This document shows, in pieces, positions 35,534-45,603 of a stretch of DNA of 64,000 nucleotides. Below the pieces are notes generated by a model that was not told the DNA's origin, ran no database searches, and saw only the letters and a program-made list of their open reading frames with translations. Origin of the DNA: Candidatus Pacearchaeota archaeon (GTDB taxonomy: Archaea; Nanobdellota; Nanobdellia; Pacearchaeales; GW2011-AR1); assembly GCA_040879785.1 (NCBI GenBank), contig JBBDJR010000006.1:192410-256409 (forward strand). The letters run 5' to 3'. The stretch's first letter is position 1; each line of letters opens with the position of its first letter. Both the position numbers and the translations under genes were made by a program.

Positions 35534-38500
35534 TCAAAACCACTTCCCTAAATTTTCCTGTTGTTCTGGTTCCTTTCCAAAAACAGAATCAATATATCTT
35601 TTTGTTAACTCAAGACTTTGTTTCATATATGTTGAAAGATTGTACTTGTTCGCGATATCGAGAGCAGGCTCAAGATATTTTTTAATTCCGCCTTCATGCG
35701 TTGTAAAAATAATTTTCCCATCGCACTTTAAACACTTTCCTGAGATTGGAGGTCTCCTCATAATCTCGTTACATGCAACACACCTAAAACTCTGCATCGA
35801 AAACTTTCTCAAATTTCCTTTCATATCTTTGATAAAATGCCTTTCAATAACTAACCGCGCGGTCTCCGAAGTGTTCGCCGCGCGAATCTTTTCAACAAGC
35901 TCCATCTGATGCTGAACTTTTTCATGCATTGTAGCAAGAATCTTATAATTAGAACAGGCTACCCCATCATTAATATTATTTGTATCATGAGTAAAACCAA
36001 TATTTATGAAAGGGTCCTTACCTTCTTTTAGCGCCTGGCGAACATCATAGACCCTTACTGTAGAAGAATGCTCTCTTTTATCTGCAGCCCTATAAAGTTC
36101 AAGAGGATACTCTCTAACGAGTTCCAAATCAAGAATTTGATCGTCAACTTCTCCCGCACTTATTTTAGCATTCAAAACAAGCGGAGCATCCTGAGTTCCT
36201 CCTCTGTGACCTGGAAGAAAACTCCTCGAGAAATTCAAAAGGACATCTCCTAAAAGCATCACCGCAGCCTCGTCCCCATCACAATCTCTTCTAACCGCCG
36301 CATGCATATAAGGACTCGCAAACATTCCCAAGGTACTCGAAAAACCAATAATCCTACAAACAACACCTGCACAATTATGGGGCGCCATAAAAACACCTAA
36401 CTTCCCGACGAGGTCTTCTTTTTTCTTAACATTATATAATGGTTTTTCCCCATAAAGATTTACAAGAGTATCATCAATAAAATTACAAACTCTCGTGAAA
36501 ACCTCGTCAGCCCTTCCTTCGGGAGAATGAGGGGAACTAGGAAGAAGAACATCATGAGGCTTCAGTTCAAGTATCTGGTCATCTCTTGCAAGCTCATTTC
36601 CCTCAATATCTTCAGTATACCCAATCTCTCTAAGCTTTTCAATACTCACAAAAATCTCTTTAGGTTTAAATGAAACAAGAGGCATTTCTGTTGCATCAAA
36701 TCTTACTGTGCCGTCCTTATTTACCTGTAAATCATGAATCGCTCTAAAAATCCCTTTTTCAAGCGGCTCTATCGAATGACTTTCAGAACTTGTTCCCCTA
36801 ACACCTTTAATCAACTGAGGCATTTCAGAATCTTTCAAACCCACTCTCTCTTTTGCCTTCTCCATATAGTGCCTTATATCTATTGGCCTAAAATAGTTCG
36901 GCCGCGAAGTTGGAAACTCTTCATTTTTATGTTTTTCACAAACCTCCAAACTTGTTCCCTCACATTCAGAACAATAAAACATCTTTTTACATTTACTTCC
37001 ACAATCCTCACAAACAGGATAAATTGTTTCCTTTTTACAACCTTCAGAATCACAAAAATACACAGGGAAATTATTCTTTATTGTTCCAACCTCACACGCC
37101 TCCTGAACGCTTCTAAACCTTCCTCCTTCATTCCCAACAGGAAATAAAACATTGGGGCTTCCGATTAACTTTCGAAGTTTTGCTTTCTCCGGACGACCCA
37201 TCCTCGCCCCTACAAAATCCCCTGCCTTGTCTCTTATTTCAAAATGAGAAACATGATTAATTGCAGAAAGAATTATCTCTTTTTCATCCTCTTGTTTTGA
37301 ATTATCTTCTTTATAAAAAAATTCCTTTAATTTTTTCTCAGTTTCCAGCATCTCTTCTTTAATAGATTCCTTTTCTTCAATAGCGAGAGGATTAATTCCT
37401 AAATTTACAAGAAATGCCTTTGCCTCATCACAGCCTATAATAACATTTTCTATAGTGGTTCGGTGTTCGATTCCTAAAAGTTCTAATGCCCTTTTACCTT
37501 CCACAAACTCCTCTTGATCTTTTTTCCCATAAGGAAGAATTATCTTTTTATCAACATTAGATCGTTTAAGCCACGAAACCAAACCTAAAAGTTGTTCCTT
37601 AGAAAGTTCGGTCCAATAAAAAATATACTTTGGATAAAGTGAAACTCCATTCTCCTCACTCATCTTCAACGCATCGTCAAAACCAACATTGAAGGAATTA
37701 ATTTTTTTCTCAAGCCTGGGATTCTTTTCTCTCAACTCAAGCCCCCAGATTTCTTCAACATATCCTGGCTTAATCAGAGTAGCATTCCTGTTTGTCACGT
37801 CGCTAAAAGGGAATAACAAGTCTCCAATATAAATTATCTCTTCGATATCATTATAGATTCTCTTAGCTTCTTCCTTATCATAAATTCTCTTCACGCTTCC
37901 ATCAAATAACTTAACTATCGGACCCTCAATACTATCACAAGAAGTAACGATACACCCTTTTGTAGGTTTCTCGATTTTTAACTGAGTTCCTATCGCAAGA
38001 AACCCGTCTGTAATCTCCATAGTTGCAGGATGAATCGCCACTGCACTAAATCCAGAGCTTCTTCCTCTTCCATACCTAAACCTAAACGCACCTGACTCTG
38101 AGGGGTGTCCGAAAATAGGTCTGCCTGCAACAATATCATTAATGTACGTCGGAGAATCATCAACTTTTCCTTTATCTCTCTTCTCGTGGAGTTCTATATA
38201 CTCATCAAGAAAATCAAAACCCGAAGATTTCAATCCCTTTACCTTCATGCTTTTTAACAATCTAAGACCTTTTGCAGCTTTCTGTGCAAGCCCTTCCGAG
38301 AAAATCAAACACATTCCTCCCCTAATCCTATTCGTCTTAACTCTCTCCAGATTCTTATAGTTTGAAACTTCAAACTTTTCTGTAGGGTCTCCTTCTACCT
38401 GAATTGGGAGATTTTTAGCTAAGAAAACTGCTTCCTCTTTTGTAGGCATGTACTGCAAATTTGTGACCCTATCATGATAATCCTGATTCTCAACAACATA

Positions 38501-39058
38501 TCTCTGAATCTCGTCTTCTGAAGGATCGTATTTTGCATACCCAAATGTTTCCCTAAGATAATCTATTAACATCAAGACTAAACAAGATGCGGTCGTTCCT
38601 GCACTCCTTATTGGTCCTGAAAAATAAGCTACAAAATAATCCTTGCCTTCTTTTGTTTTTTCTGTTTTCAGTCCGGTAAATCCTTCAATCGGAGAAGAAA
38701 CAACCCCTAGAGTTGTATAGGCAAAACCCACTCTTATCCCTGCTTCAATCGCCTCAATCAAAGATGAAAACTTACAATATTTTTGTTTGGCTACCTCTTC
38801 CGCTATGACAAAAGAAACCATCGGATCAAGCTTCCCGTGTTCTTCCTCAAGCTCAAGAATTCTCTTTGCGATTCCCGTCCCTTCCATCTGAGGACAAACT
38901 GTAGAAATAAGCCCAACAACCTTTTCAGCCAGGCTTCTTGCAAGAGGGACTTCTACCTTAGGCACAGGATCAAATCCTTTCGCCCTCGCTTTGTTCATAA
39001 CATCGTAGACCTTTCTCGTCTGACTTTCTATTTCACTAAGATATTGTTGCGTGTTCAT
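35534..39058 (-). CDS. dp2: DNA polymerase II (PolD) large catalytic subunit DP2
   Basis: 1174 aa. It has multiple Cys clusters (CDSEGCKKE..CEDCGSKC, CVACNEIMRRPPISGKCLKCDG) and PolD-typical blocks (GRPIFGHPS, RRDCDGDE). No intein is evident. Confidence 0.9.
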   Translation of the reverse strand: MNTQQYLSEIESQTRKVYDVMNKARAKGFDPVPKVEVPLARSLAEKVVGLISTVCPQMEGTGIAKRILELEEEHGKLDPMVSFVIAEEVAKQKYCKFSSLIEAIEAGIRVGFAYTTLGVVSSPIEGFTGLKTEKTKEGKDYFVAYFSGPIRSAGTTASCLVLMLIDYLRETFGYAKYDPSEDEIQRYVVENQDYHDRVTNLQYMPTKEEAVFLAKNLPIQVEGDPTEKFEVSNYKNLERVKTNRIRGGMCLIFSEGLAQKAAKGLRLLKSMKVKGLKSSGFDFLDEYIELHEKRDKGKVDDSPTYINDIVAGRPIFGHPSESGAFRFRYGRGRSSGFSAVAIHPATMEITDGFLAIGTQLKIEKPTKGCIVTSCDSIEGPIVKLFDGSVKRIYDKEEAKRIYNDIEEIIYIGDLLFPFSDVTNRNATLIKPGYVEEIWGLELREKNPRLEKKINSFNVGFDDALKMSEENGVSLYPKYIFYWTELSKEQLLGLVSWLKRSNVDKKIILPYGKKDQEEFVEGKRALELLGIEHRTTIENVIIGCDEAKAFLVNLGINPLAIEEKESIKEEMLETEKKLKEFFYKEDNSKQEDEKEIILSAINHVSHFEIRDKAGDFVGARMGRPEKAKLRKLIGSPNVLFPVGNEGGRFRSVQEACEVGTIKNNFPVYFCDSEGCKKETIYPVCEDCGSKCKKMFYCSECEGTSLEVCEKHKNEEFPTSRPNYFRPIDIRHYMEKAKERVGLKDSEMPQLIKGVRGTSSESHSIEPLEKGIFRAIHDLQVNKDGTVRFDATEMPLVSFKPKEIFVSIEKLREIGYTEDIEGNELARDDQILELKPHDVLLPSSPHSPEGRADEVFTRVCNFIDDTLVNLYGEKPLYNVKKKEDLVGKLGVFMAPHNCAGVVCRIIGFSSTLGMFASPYMHAAVRRDCDGDEAAVMLLGDVLLNFSRSFLPGHRGGTQDAPLVLNAKISAGEVDDQILDLELVREYPLELYRAADKREHSSTVRVYDVRQALKEGKDPFINIGFTHDTNNINDGVACSNYKILATMHEKVQHQMELVEKIRAANTSETARLVIERHFIKDMKGNLRKFSMQSFRCVACNEIMRRPPISGKCLKCDGKIIFTTHEGGIKKYLEPALDIANKYNLSTYMKQSLELTKRYIDSVFGKEPEQQENLGKWF

Positions 39059-39064
39059 TTTAAT

Positions 39065-40048
39065 TCATTGAAGAACCACTTCGTGGTCTGCTTCGGTTTC
39101 CTCTCTTTCTTTTTCTAAAAGATCCTCATACTCCTTTGATTTCTCTGACAGGCAAAAAAGATTTCCTTTTTGGACAAACCCCGGATCAACATGTCTAAAT
39201 TTTTTAATTAATTTTACGCTTTCGTGATTTGAAATATCTTTTTTTGAGATAATATTAAATCCATTTTTTAGCATTTCAAGCTTCCCTTTTATTTCTCTAC
39301 TTGATTTTTCTTCTAGCACGTCAAGTATCTGCATATCTGTAGAATTAGAAACTCCCTCAAAAGAAATTATTCCTTCCTCTATAGATTTTCTCAGGATTTC
39401 TGAAAGAATATGATATCTTGCTCTTGCCTCATATCCCGCCCAGTGATTTTTGTTTAAGTGAATATAATATTTAGCAAACTTCTCCGCAGATATCTGGGAA
39501 CAAAAAACAATCTTTTGATTAAAATTTCTCAAACATTCATAAAGATCCTTAGCATCTTTCTCAGAATGAAGTAATGAAATTTCTCTTAAAGAATAATCCA
39601 CCCTATCAGCACACAACTCGGGGGCGGGCCTTTCAAGAAGAGAAAAACTTTCTATATCTGCTATTTTCTTAGACTTAAACCCGTACTTTTCCAATATTTC
39701 TGCTAACTCACTTTTTTTGATAAATTCTTCTAAAATTTCATCTTGATAGTTCTCCTTAGAAGGGTCTCCTACCATCTGATCAATAACATGAGAAAATGCG
39801 GTGTGAGAAACATCGTGAAGAAGTCCTGCAACCTGTTCCTCTAAATTGGCTCCAAGCCTCCTAAGCAAAATAAGAGTTCCTAATGAATGTTCATACCTAG
39901 AGAACACCTCATCTAGATGGTAATAGTCTTTAGGCATTCCAAATTGAGACACCCCTTTCAGTCTTTGAAGAGAAGACGAACCCATAAGTTCAACTAAGAC
40001 AGGCTCGTTAATTTCTTCTTCTCCATAGACTCTATCTTTTATTTTCAT
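39065..40048 (-). CDS. HD-domain phosphohydrolase of the COG1078/SAMHD1-like type
   Basis: KDRVYGEEEINEPVLVELMGSSSLQRLKGVSQFG...FSRYEHSLGT...AGLLHDVSHTAFSH. There is an ATGA overlap with dp1. Confidence 0.65.
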   Translation of the reverse strand: MKIKDRVYGEEEINEPVLVELMGSSSLQRLKGVSQFGMPKDYYHLDEVFSRYEHSLGTLILLRRLGANLEEQVAGLLHDVSHTAFSHVIDQMVGDPSKENYQDEILEEFIKKSELAEILEKYGFKSKKIADIESFSLLERPAPELCADRVDYSLREISLLHSEKDAKDLYECLRNFNQKIVFCSQISAEKFAKYYIHLNKNHWAGYEARARYHILSEILRKSIEEGIISFEGVSNSTDMQILDVLEEKSSREIKGKLEMLKNGFNIISKKDISNHESVKLIKKFRHVDPGFVQKGNLFCLSEKSKEYEDLLEKEREETEADHEVVLQ

Positions 40049-41631
40049 TCAAAATCCAAAATTTTAATTTCTCCTGTTTTCATATTCATCATAGGCACCT
40101 TGCAAAAATCAGGTTTGTTTCCTTTCCTCTTCTGATATTCGGTCTCAGATTCCCATGCTGCGGTGGAAACGATAAGAATATTATTATAAGAAGAAACAGC
40201 ACACTTATGAGAATGACCGGAGACAAAAATATCAGGGACGTTTTTTATCACAAGTTCATCTTCTTCATAAGGGATATACTGAACAGAGGAGTGTGTTGGG
40301 GCAAGATGCCTGTGTTTCATGAGATATTTCATTATGTCCTCAGGAGCATTCATTCCTTTTTGAATCAGACTAGGAATATTGTTTGCATAAAAGGGGTAAG
40401 AAAACCCATGATATGTCAGAACATCAAACCCTGGAAAATCCCCTTTCCCGCCAAGGTTAATTGTTGCAGGGTTTCCAGTCATTATGATGTTTCTCAAATT
40501 ATAGAGGGGCCATGCATATTTCTCATCTAGAAACGGCTGTGGCTCCAAAAGCCTCACTCCATCGTGATTCCCTGGAGAAACAATTATTTTTATGTCTTTT
40601 CTTATCTTTCCCAAAAGTTCTGCAATCCCTTGGAATTGCTCTTCTAAATCTTTAATTTTAAGATCCTTAAATTGCGAGGGATAATTCCCTACACCAGAAA
40701 CCAAATCTCCAACGATAAAAAGATATTTTATTTTATCAACCTCTCCACTATTAGGTGTCTTCCCATTCAGATAATCAATGAATTTCCTAAAACTATCCTC
40801 TAAAAAAAGGTGGCTCCCATAATGAATATCTCCCACAAACAACACCCTTTCATCTTTAGGAGATTTCTTCTTATCTAAAATGACGGCATCAGGAAAAACG
40901 ATGTTGTTCGCAAAGAAAATCTCCCTGTCTCCCGAACCAATAAAACCAAGAACAGAATCTGGAGTTATATCTTCTGCTTGTTTGTAAATATCAGGTTTGT
41001 TTTGATTTATTAAAACTCTTGTTCTTCCGGTTAAATCCTCTATGTCGAGAAGAATATTCCCATTCTTTGTAACCCTTTTCTCTCCGACCATCCCTATTAT
41101 AGAAACTCTCTGGCCTTTTGTAAGTTTACTAACTGAAACGAGATTCTCAAGCTCCCTATGTTCCTGCAAGATATTCTTCAACCCAATAAACTTGCTTCTC
41201 AAATTTCCCACAAAATCCTGAACTTCTATTTTTTTCCTAAATGGTTTTGAAACTGTAGAAAGAACTTTTACACCATCGGAGGAATCTAGTTCTTCACTTT
41301 TTCCAATGACATATTCTTCTTGTTGAGACTTAGGCATGGATTCTTCTGAGAACTCTTTTGAAATCTCTATCTTCAAACCCAATTTAACCTTAAGCCTCTC
41401 TAAATTTCTTTTATTCTCTTCAGGAAGTTTAAAAAAAAACTCACTTATGCTCTCTTTATTTTCCTCGACCAACCTCTTAGTTATTACCTTTTTTTGAGTG
41501 TGGTTTTTAAGTTTCTCTATAATCAGCTTTACAGATTCTCCATCATTAGTTTCTTTGAAGAGATTGAGGACTTCGGGTTCTATCAATAAACCTTTTTCAA
41601 CACAATAATTTAATATCTCTTTTGAATCCAT
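40045..41631 (-). CDS. dp1: DNA polymerase II (PolD) small subunit DP1 (Mre11-like phosphodiesterase plus OB fold)
   Basis: Calcineurin-like motifs are present: LFVGDIHYGS, FIVGDLVSG, PGNHD and VSGHSH. The N-terminal helical domain is typical of DP1. Confidence 0.85.
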   Translation of the reverse strand: MDSKEILNYCVEKGLLIEPEVLNLFKETNDGESVKLIIEKLKNHTQKKVITKRLVEENKESISEFFFKLPEENKRNLERLKVKLGLKIEISKEFSEESMPKSQQEEYVIGKSEELDSSDGVKVLSTVSKPFRKKIEVQDFVGNLRSKFIGLKNILQEHRELENLVSVSKLTKGQRVSIIGMVGEKRVTKNGNILLDIEDLTGRTRVLINQNKPDIYKQAEDITPDSVLGFIGSGDREIFFANNIVFPDAVILDKKKSPKDERVLFVGDIHYGSHLFLEDSFRKFIDYLNGKTPNSGEVDKIKYLFIVGDLVSGVGNYPSQFKDLKIKDLEEQFQGIAELLGKIRKDIKIIVSPGNHDGVRLLEPQPFLDEKYAWPLYNLRNIIMTGNPATINLGGKGDFPGFDVLTYHGFSYPFYANNIPSLIQKGMNAPEDIMKYLMKHRHLAPTHSSVQYIPYEEDELVIKNVPDIFVSGHSHKCAVSSYNNILIVSTAAWESETEYQKRKGNKPDFCKVPMMNMKTGEIKILDFE

Positions 41632-41698
41632 TTTGATTTTTGTAATTTAGGAACTCTCAACTCTTTTCAATTAATCTAAATATTTTAATATATTCATC

Positions 41699-42910
41699 TC
41701 AATTATAATTAATTGAATCTTCAAGTATTGCCCTTGCTTTCTCAACTATTCCTTTCGCGATCGCGAGTTTGATTTCTCTCATCCTTCCTCCTCTTCCTTT
41801 TGAAATCACTCTCACATTAATTATCCCTAACATATCAAACTCCTGAATTATATCCCCCACACGACGCTGAGTAAGAACCTCTGACTTGTTCTTCAAACAA
41901 AGCTCCTGATAATAATTATAAACATCTCCTGTAAAATAGGACCCGTCAGGATTTTTATCTGAAAGCTCGATTATAGAATACAACACATACTGAAACTGCC
42001 TGGGCTCTGATTTGATTATATCGAGAATCTTGTCTTTTTCTATTTTAGTATTTGATTCATCTATATGTTTCAGGAGTATTTTATCAGACCCGTCTCTCTC
42101 AGCCAACTCTCCGGCAATTCTAAGAAGGTCCAACGCGCGTCTGGCATCTCCATGCTCTCTCGCAGCAAACGCAGCACACTTTTGAATAACTCCTTCCTGA
42201 ACGACCGTTTCTTTAAATGCCTGCTCTGCCCTCTTACTAAGAATTTCCTGAAGCTGTAATGCATTATATGGAGAAAAGACAATCTCCTCTTCCGACAAAG
42301 AACTCCTTACCCTCGGATCTATCCCTTCCAAAAACGTTAAATCGTTACTAATCCCCACAACCCCTACCTGAGCCTTAGAAAGCTCTGAATTAATTCTTGT
42401 TAAATTATATAAAAAATCTGTAGATATTTTTTTAACTGCCTGATCAACCTCATCAAGAATTAAAATCAAAAATTGTTTTTCAGAATCAACAAGGTCTATA
42501 AATCGATTATAAACTGTTTCTGTTGGAAGCCCTGTTTCAGGAACGCTCCCCCCTAACTTTTTAATAAGCTCTGCCAAAATTCTATATTCTGTATCTGAGA
42601 CTTTCCTTAATTTACAATTTAAATATTCTATCTTAATTTTATAATCAGCGTCTTTCTTAGCCCTTTTCAACAACTCCTCCTTAACATAATTCATTGATAA
42701 TGTTTTCCCTGTCCCTGTCTTTCCATAAAGAAAAAGATTGCTTGTCCTTTCTCCTCTTAAAACCGGAGCTAACATGGAAGCAACTTGCTTTATTTGTTCG
42801 CCTCTATGAAGAATCTCATTAGGCATATAATTCGATTGCAAAATTGACTTGTTTTTAAAAATCAAATTATTGTCAAAAGATTCGAAAATTTTATCAAGTT
42901 CAGACACCAT
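41699..42910 (-). CDS. cdc6: Orc1/Cdc6 replication initiator
   Basis: First ATG is at 42910 (the track start is GTG). AAA+ Walker A is GKTGTGKT and Walker B is ILILDEVD. There is a C-terminal winged helix. It lies adjacent to the candidate origin. Confidence 0.9.
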   Translation of the reverse strand: MVSELDKIFESFDNNLIFKNKSILQSNYMPNEILHRGEQIKQVASMLAPVLRGERTSNLFLYGKTGTGKTLSMNYVKEELLKRAKKDADYKIKIEYLNCKLRKVSDTEYRILAELIKKLGGSVPETGLPTETVYNRFIDLVDSEKQFLILILDEVDQAVKKISTDFLYNLTRINSELSKAQVGVVGISNDLTFLEGIDPRVRSSLSEEEIVFSPYNALQLQEILSKRAEQAFKETVVQEGVIQKCAAFAAREHGDARRALDLLRIAGELAERDGSDKILLKHIDESNTKIEKDKILDIIKSEPRQFQYVLYSIIELSDKNPDGSYFTGDVYNYYQELCLKNKSEVLTQRRVGDIIQEFDMLGIINVRVISKGRGGRMREIKLAIAKGIVEKARAILEDSINYN

Positions 42911-43049
42911 TTTCACAAGTTATTATTTTTGTCATTTTTATTTAAAGGCCCACACGTTGATTTCGTATGGAAAAAAGATTTTACAATCAAAACCTAACGG
43001 GAAAAAATTTATTTCCTATATAAAGACTTATGACCACTAATAAAGAAGG

Positions 43050-43068
43050 ACACCTAGATTTCCTGTGG
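43050..43068 (-). promoter_or_regulatory. ORB-like Orc1-binding box 1 (minus-strand reading CCACAGGAAATCTAGGTGT)
   Basis: Matches box 2 at 15 of 19 positions in inverted orientation. It contains the ttcctgtggaa dyad. Confidence 0.5.
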
Positions 43069-43308
43069 AACCCATAGAACAATAACAAAATACTACTACT
43101 GCCCTACATGTTCTACATGTTCTACTGCTAATATTTTACTCCCCTTATTATTCTTCTACCGCTAATTTTACAATTACTCTTACTTTTACTAATACTACTT
43201 ATATTATTATTATTATTATTATTATTACTTATCTATATACTATATAATATAAAAATTTATAAATAAAAATTAAAAATTAAAAAATCGATTTTTTCTTTTT
43301 AAATGTTT

Positions 43309-43327
43309 TCATAGGAAATCAAGGGGT
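43309..43327 (+). promoter_or_regulatory. ORB-like Orc1-binding box 2 (TCATAGGAAATCAAGGGGT)
   Basis: A GGAAAT core plus a G-string, as in archaeal ORB elements. It is inverted relative to box 1 and lies about 240 bp away. Confidence 0.5.
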
Positions 43328-43370
43328 GAGGCAAAACAATGTTGATTTAAACTCTATTTAGTTTTACAGA

Positions 43371-43382
43371 AAAGTTTATATA
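43371..43382 (+). promoter_or_regulatory. TATA box of the PRC-barrel gene
   Basis: aaagtttatata is centred about 27 nt upstream of ATG 43404. Confidence 0.5.
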
Positions 43383-43403
43383 TCATTTCCGTTTGGGTTA
43401 GAT

Positions 43404-43661
43404 ATGCAAGAAAAAAACCCCTTTAATTCCGTTGTAGGGAAAATGATTGTTACCAAAGAAGGTAAAAGACTTGGCTTCGTCAGAGACATAACTTTTGAAA
43501 CGAGATCAGGCGAACTTATTAATGTTGTTGTCAAAGATTCAACCCCTTATACTAGGAATCTTAATTTAGAAAAATCTTCCGACAAAGAACTTCTTGTTCC
43601 TTATAGCGCGATTATAGCAATCGGAGATTTTGTCGTCGTCTCAGAAGAAGATTTGATTTAA
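43404..43661 (+). CDS. PRC-barrel domain protein
   Basis: VVGKMIVTKEGKRLGFVRDITFETRSGELINVVV...LVPYSAIIAIGDFVVV fits the PRC-barrel pattern. Confidence 0.6.
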   Translation: MQEKNPFNSVVGKMIVTKEGKRLGFVRDITFETRSGELINVVVKDSTPYTRNLNLEKSSDKELLVPYSAIIAIGDFVVVSEEDLI

Positions 43662-43745
43662 TTCTAATCACCTGATGATATATTCTATTAAAATATATTT
43701 TAAGACTAAGGAAATATTTAAAAACGCTTTTTTTGTTAGTTTATC

Positions 43746-44162
43746 ATGAAAGTTGTTGGTTTTAATTTTTCAAAGATAAGCATAGAAAGAATGAAAGATT
43801 CTTTAAATTCGAAAGAAGAGCTCAAAGCAAATACCTCTATAGATGTTTCTGAAATAAAAGAGGTTAAATCCCACATACTAAAAACCAAAGAGCAGGTACT
43901 TGACGCCAAATTCACTTATGGTATAAAATATGACCCTGGTTTCGCAGAGATAAATATAGGTGGAAATATCATTGTCACAATAGAACCAAAACTCGCTAAA
44001 GAAGTTCTCAAACAATGGAAGAACAAAAAGATGCCTGAAGATTTCAAAGTATTCTTATTTAATACAATTCTAAAAAAATCTACACTAAAAGCGCTATATC
44101 TTGAAGAAGAGCTTAACCTACCTCTTCACATGCCTTTACCTTCATTTAAGAAGAAAGGTTAA
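43746..44162 (+). CDS. Hypothetical protein
   Basis: 138-aa ORF with a TATA-like aaatatttaaaaa upstream. No secure family assignment. Confidence 0.45.
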   Translation: MKVVGFNFSKISIERMKDSLNSKEELKANTSIDVSEIKEVKSHILKTKEQVLDAKFTYGIKYDPGFAEINIGGNIIVTIEPKLAKEVLKQWKNKKMPEDFKVFLFNTILKKSTLKALYLEEELNLPLHMPLPSFKKKG

Positions 44163-44218
44163 GCATTTCGTTTATTTCTAATAAAAAACTAATTAAAGCC
44201 CATCTGTGATTATCTTCT

Positions 44219-44485
44219 ATGAGAATATCCAAAGAAAAACAAGAGAAGATCTCAGAACATATTCTTGAAACAATTTACTTAAACTCACCTTCAGCTCTTT
44301 TTACGTCCCATATATCCAAAGAAGTGGCCAGGGACGAAGAATTTGTTAAGAAGATTCTCCACGAATTAAAAAAGAAAAAACTTGTGGTTAAAATAAATAA
44401 AAACCCTCAAGGAGAGCCTTATTTAAGAAGGTCCCGGTGGAGATTAAGTGATGCGGCTTACAATATATACAAAAACCACAGATAA
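44219..44485 (+). CDS. Small winged-helix DNA-binding-like protein
   Basis: 88 aa with a helix-turn-helix-like segment (FTSHISKEVARDEEFVKKILHELKKKKLV) followed by a basic wing. Confidence 0.4.
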   Translation: MRISKEKQEKISEHILETIYLNSPSALFTSHISKEVARDEEFVKKILHELKKKKLVVKINKNPQGEPYLRRSRWRLSDAAYNIYKNHR

Positions 44486-44511
44486 TAATAGTTATATACT
44501 AGACCCTGAAA

Positions 44512-44522
44512 GTTTTTATATA
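44512..44522 (+). promoter_or_regulatory. TATA box of gene 44542..45324
   Basis: gtttttatata is centred about 25 nt upstream of the ATG. Confidence 0.5.
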
Positions 44523-44541
44523 GGCAACTTCTAATTTAGAC

Positions 44542-45324
<783 letters not shown>

Positions 45325-45603
45325 ATCCCAGTTTTCGCTTAACCGAATAAGTCTAATCCTCTCTTTTACAATATATCTTCTGATTATACCATCTAATATC
45401 CTCTTATTTTAGCCCATTTCTCCCACCTTAGAGCCCTAAACTCTCTTTTTGTCGTTTTATTCTCTCATAGATCCTCTTTACACCATCAAAAGCCAGATAT
45501 ACCTCACTTTTACCTCTTTTTTCACATAAATCAGGATATAATCTCTAAAATTAAACCAAATCAACTCTCACTTTTTTAATTTTTATCTATTCTTAACCCC
45601 CTT

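Larger units (their letters stand above)
42917..43403. other. Candidate replication origin (oriC): two inverted ORB-like boxes flanking an AT-rich unwinding element
   Basis: 487-bp intergenic region next to cdc6. The AT-rich core includes (ATT)8 at 43203..43226 and a tandem ctacatgtt x2 at 43104..43121. Gene orientation diverges from this point. Confidence 0.6.

Noticed and set aside
43203-43226. (ATT)8 microsatellite as an independent phase-variation element
   Set aside because: It lies in the noncoding AT-rich core between the ORB-like boxes. It is more simply explained as part of the origin unwinding element.
43746-44162. SecB-like chaperone assignment for the 138-aa protein
   Set aside because: There is only a vague pattern resemblance at the C-terminus (LNLPLHMPLPSF). 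That is not enough to support a call without profile or structure searches.
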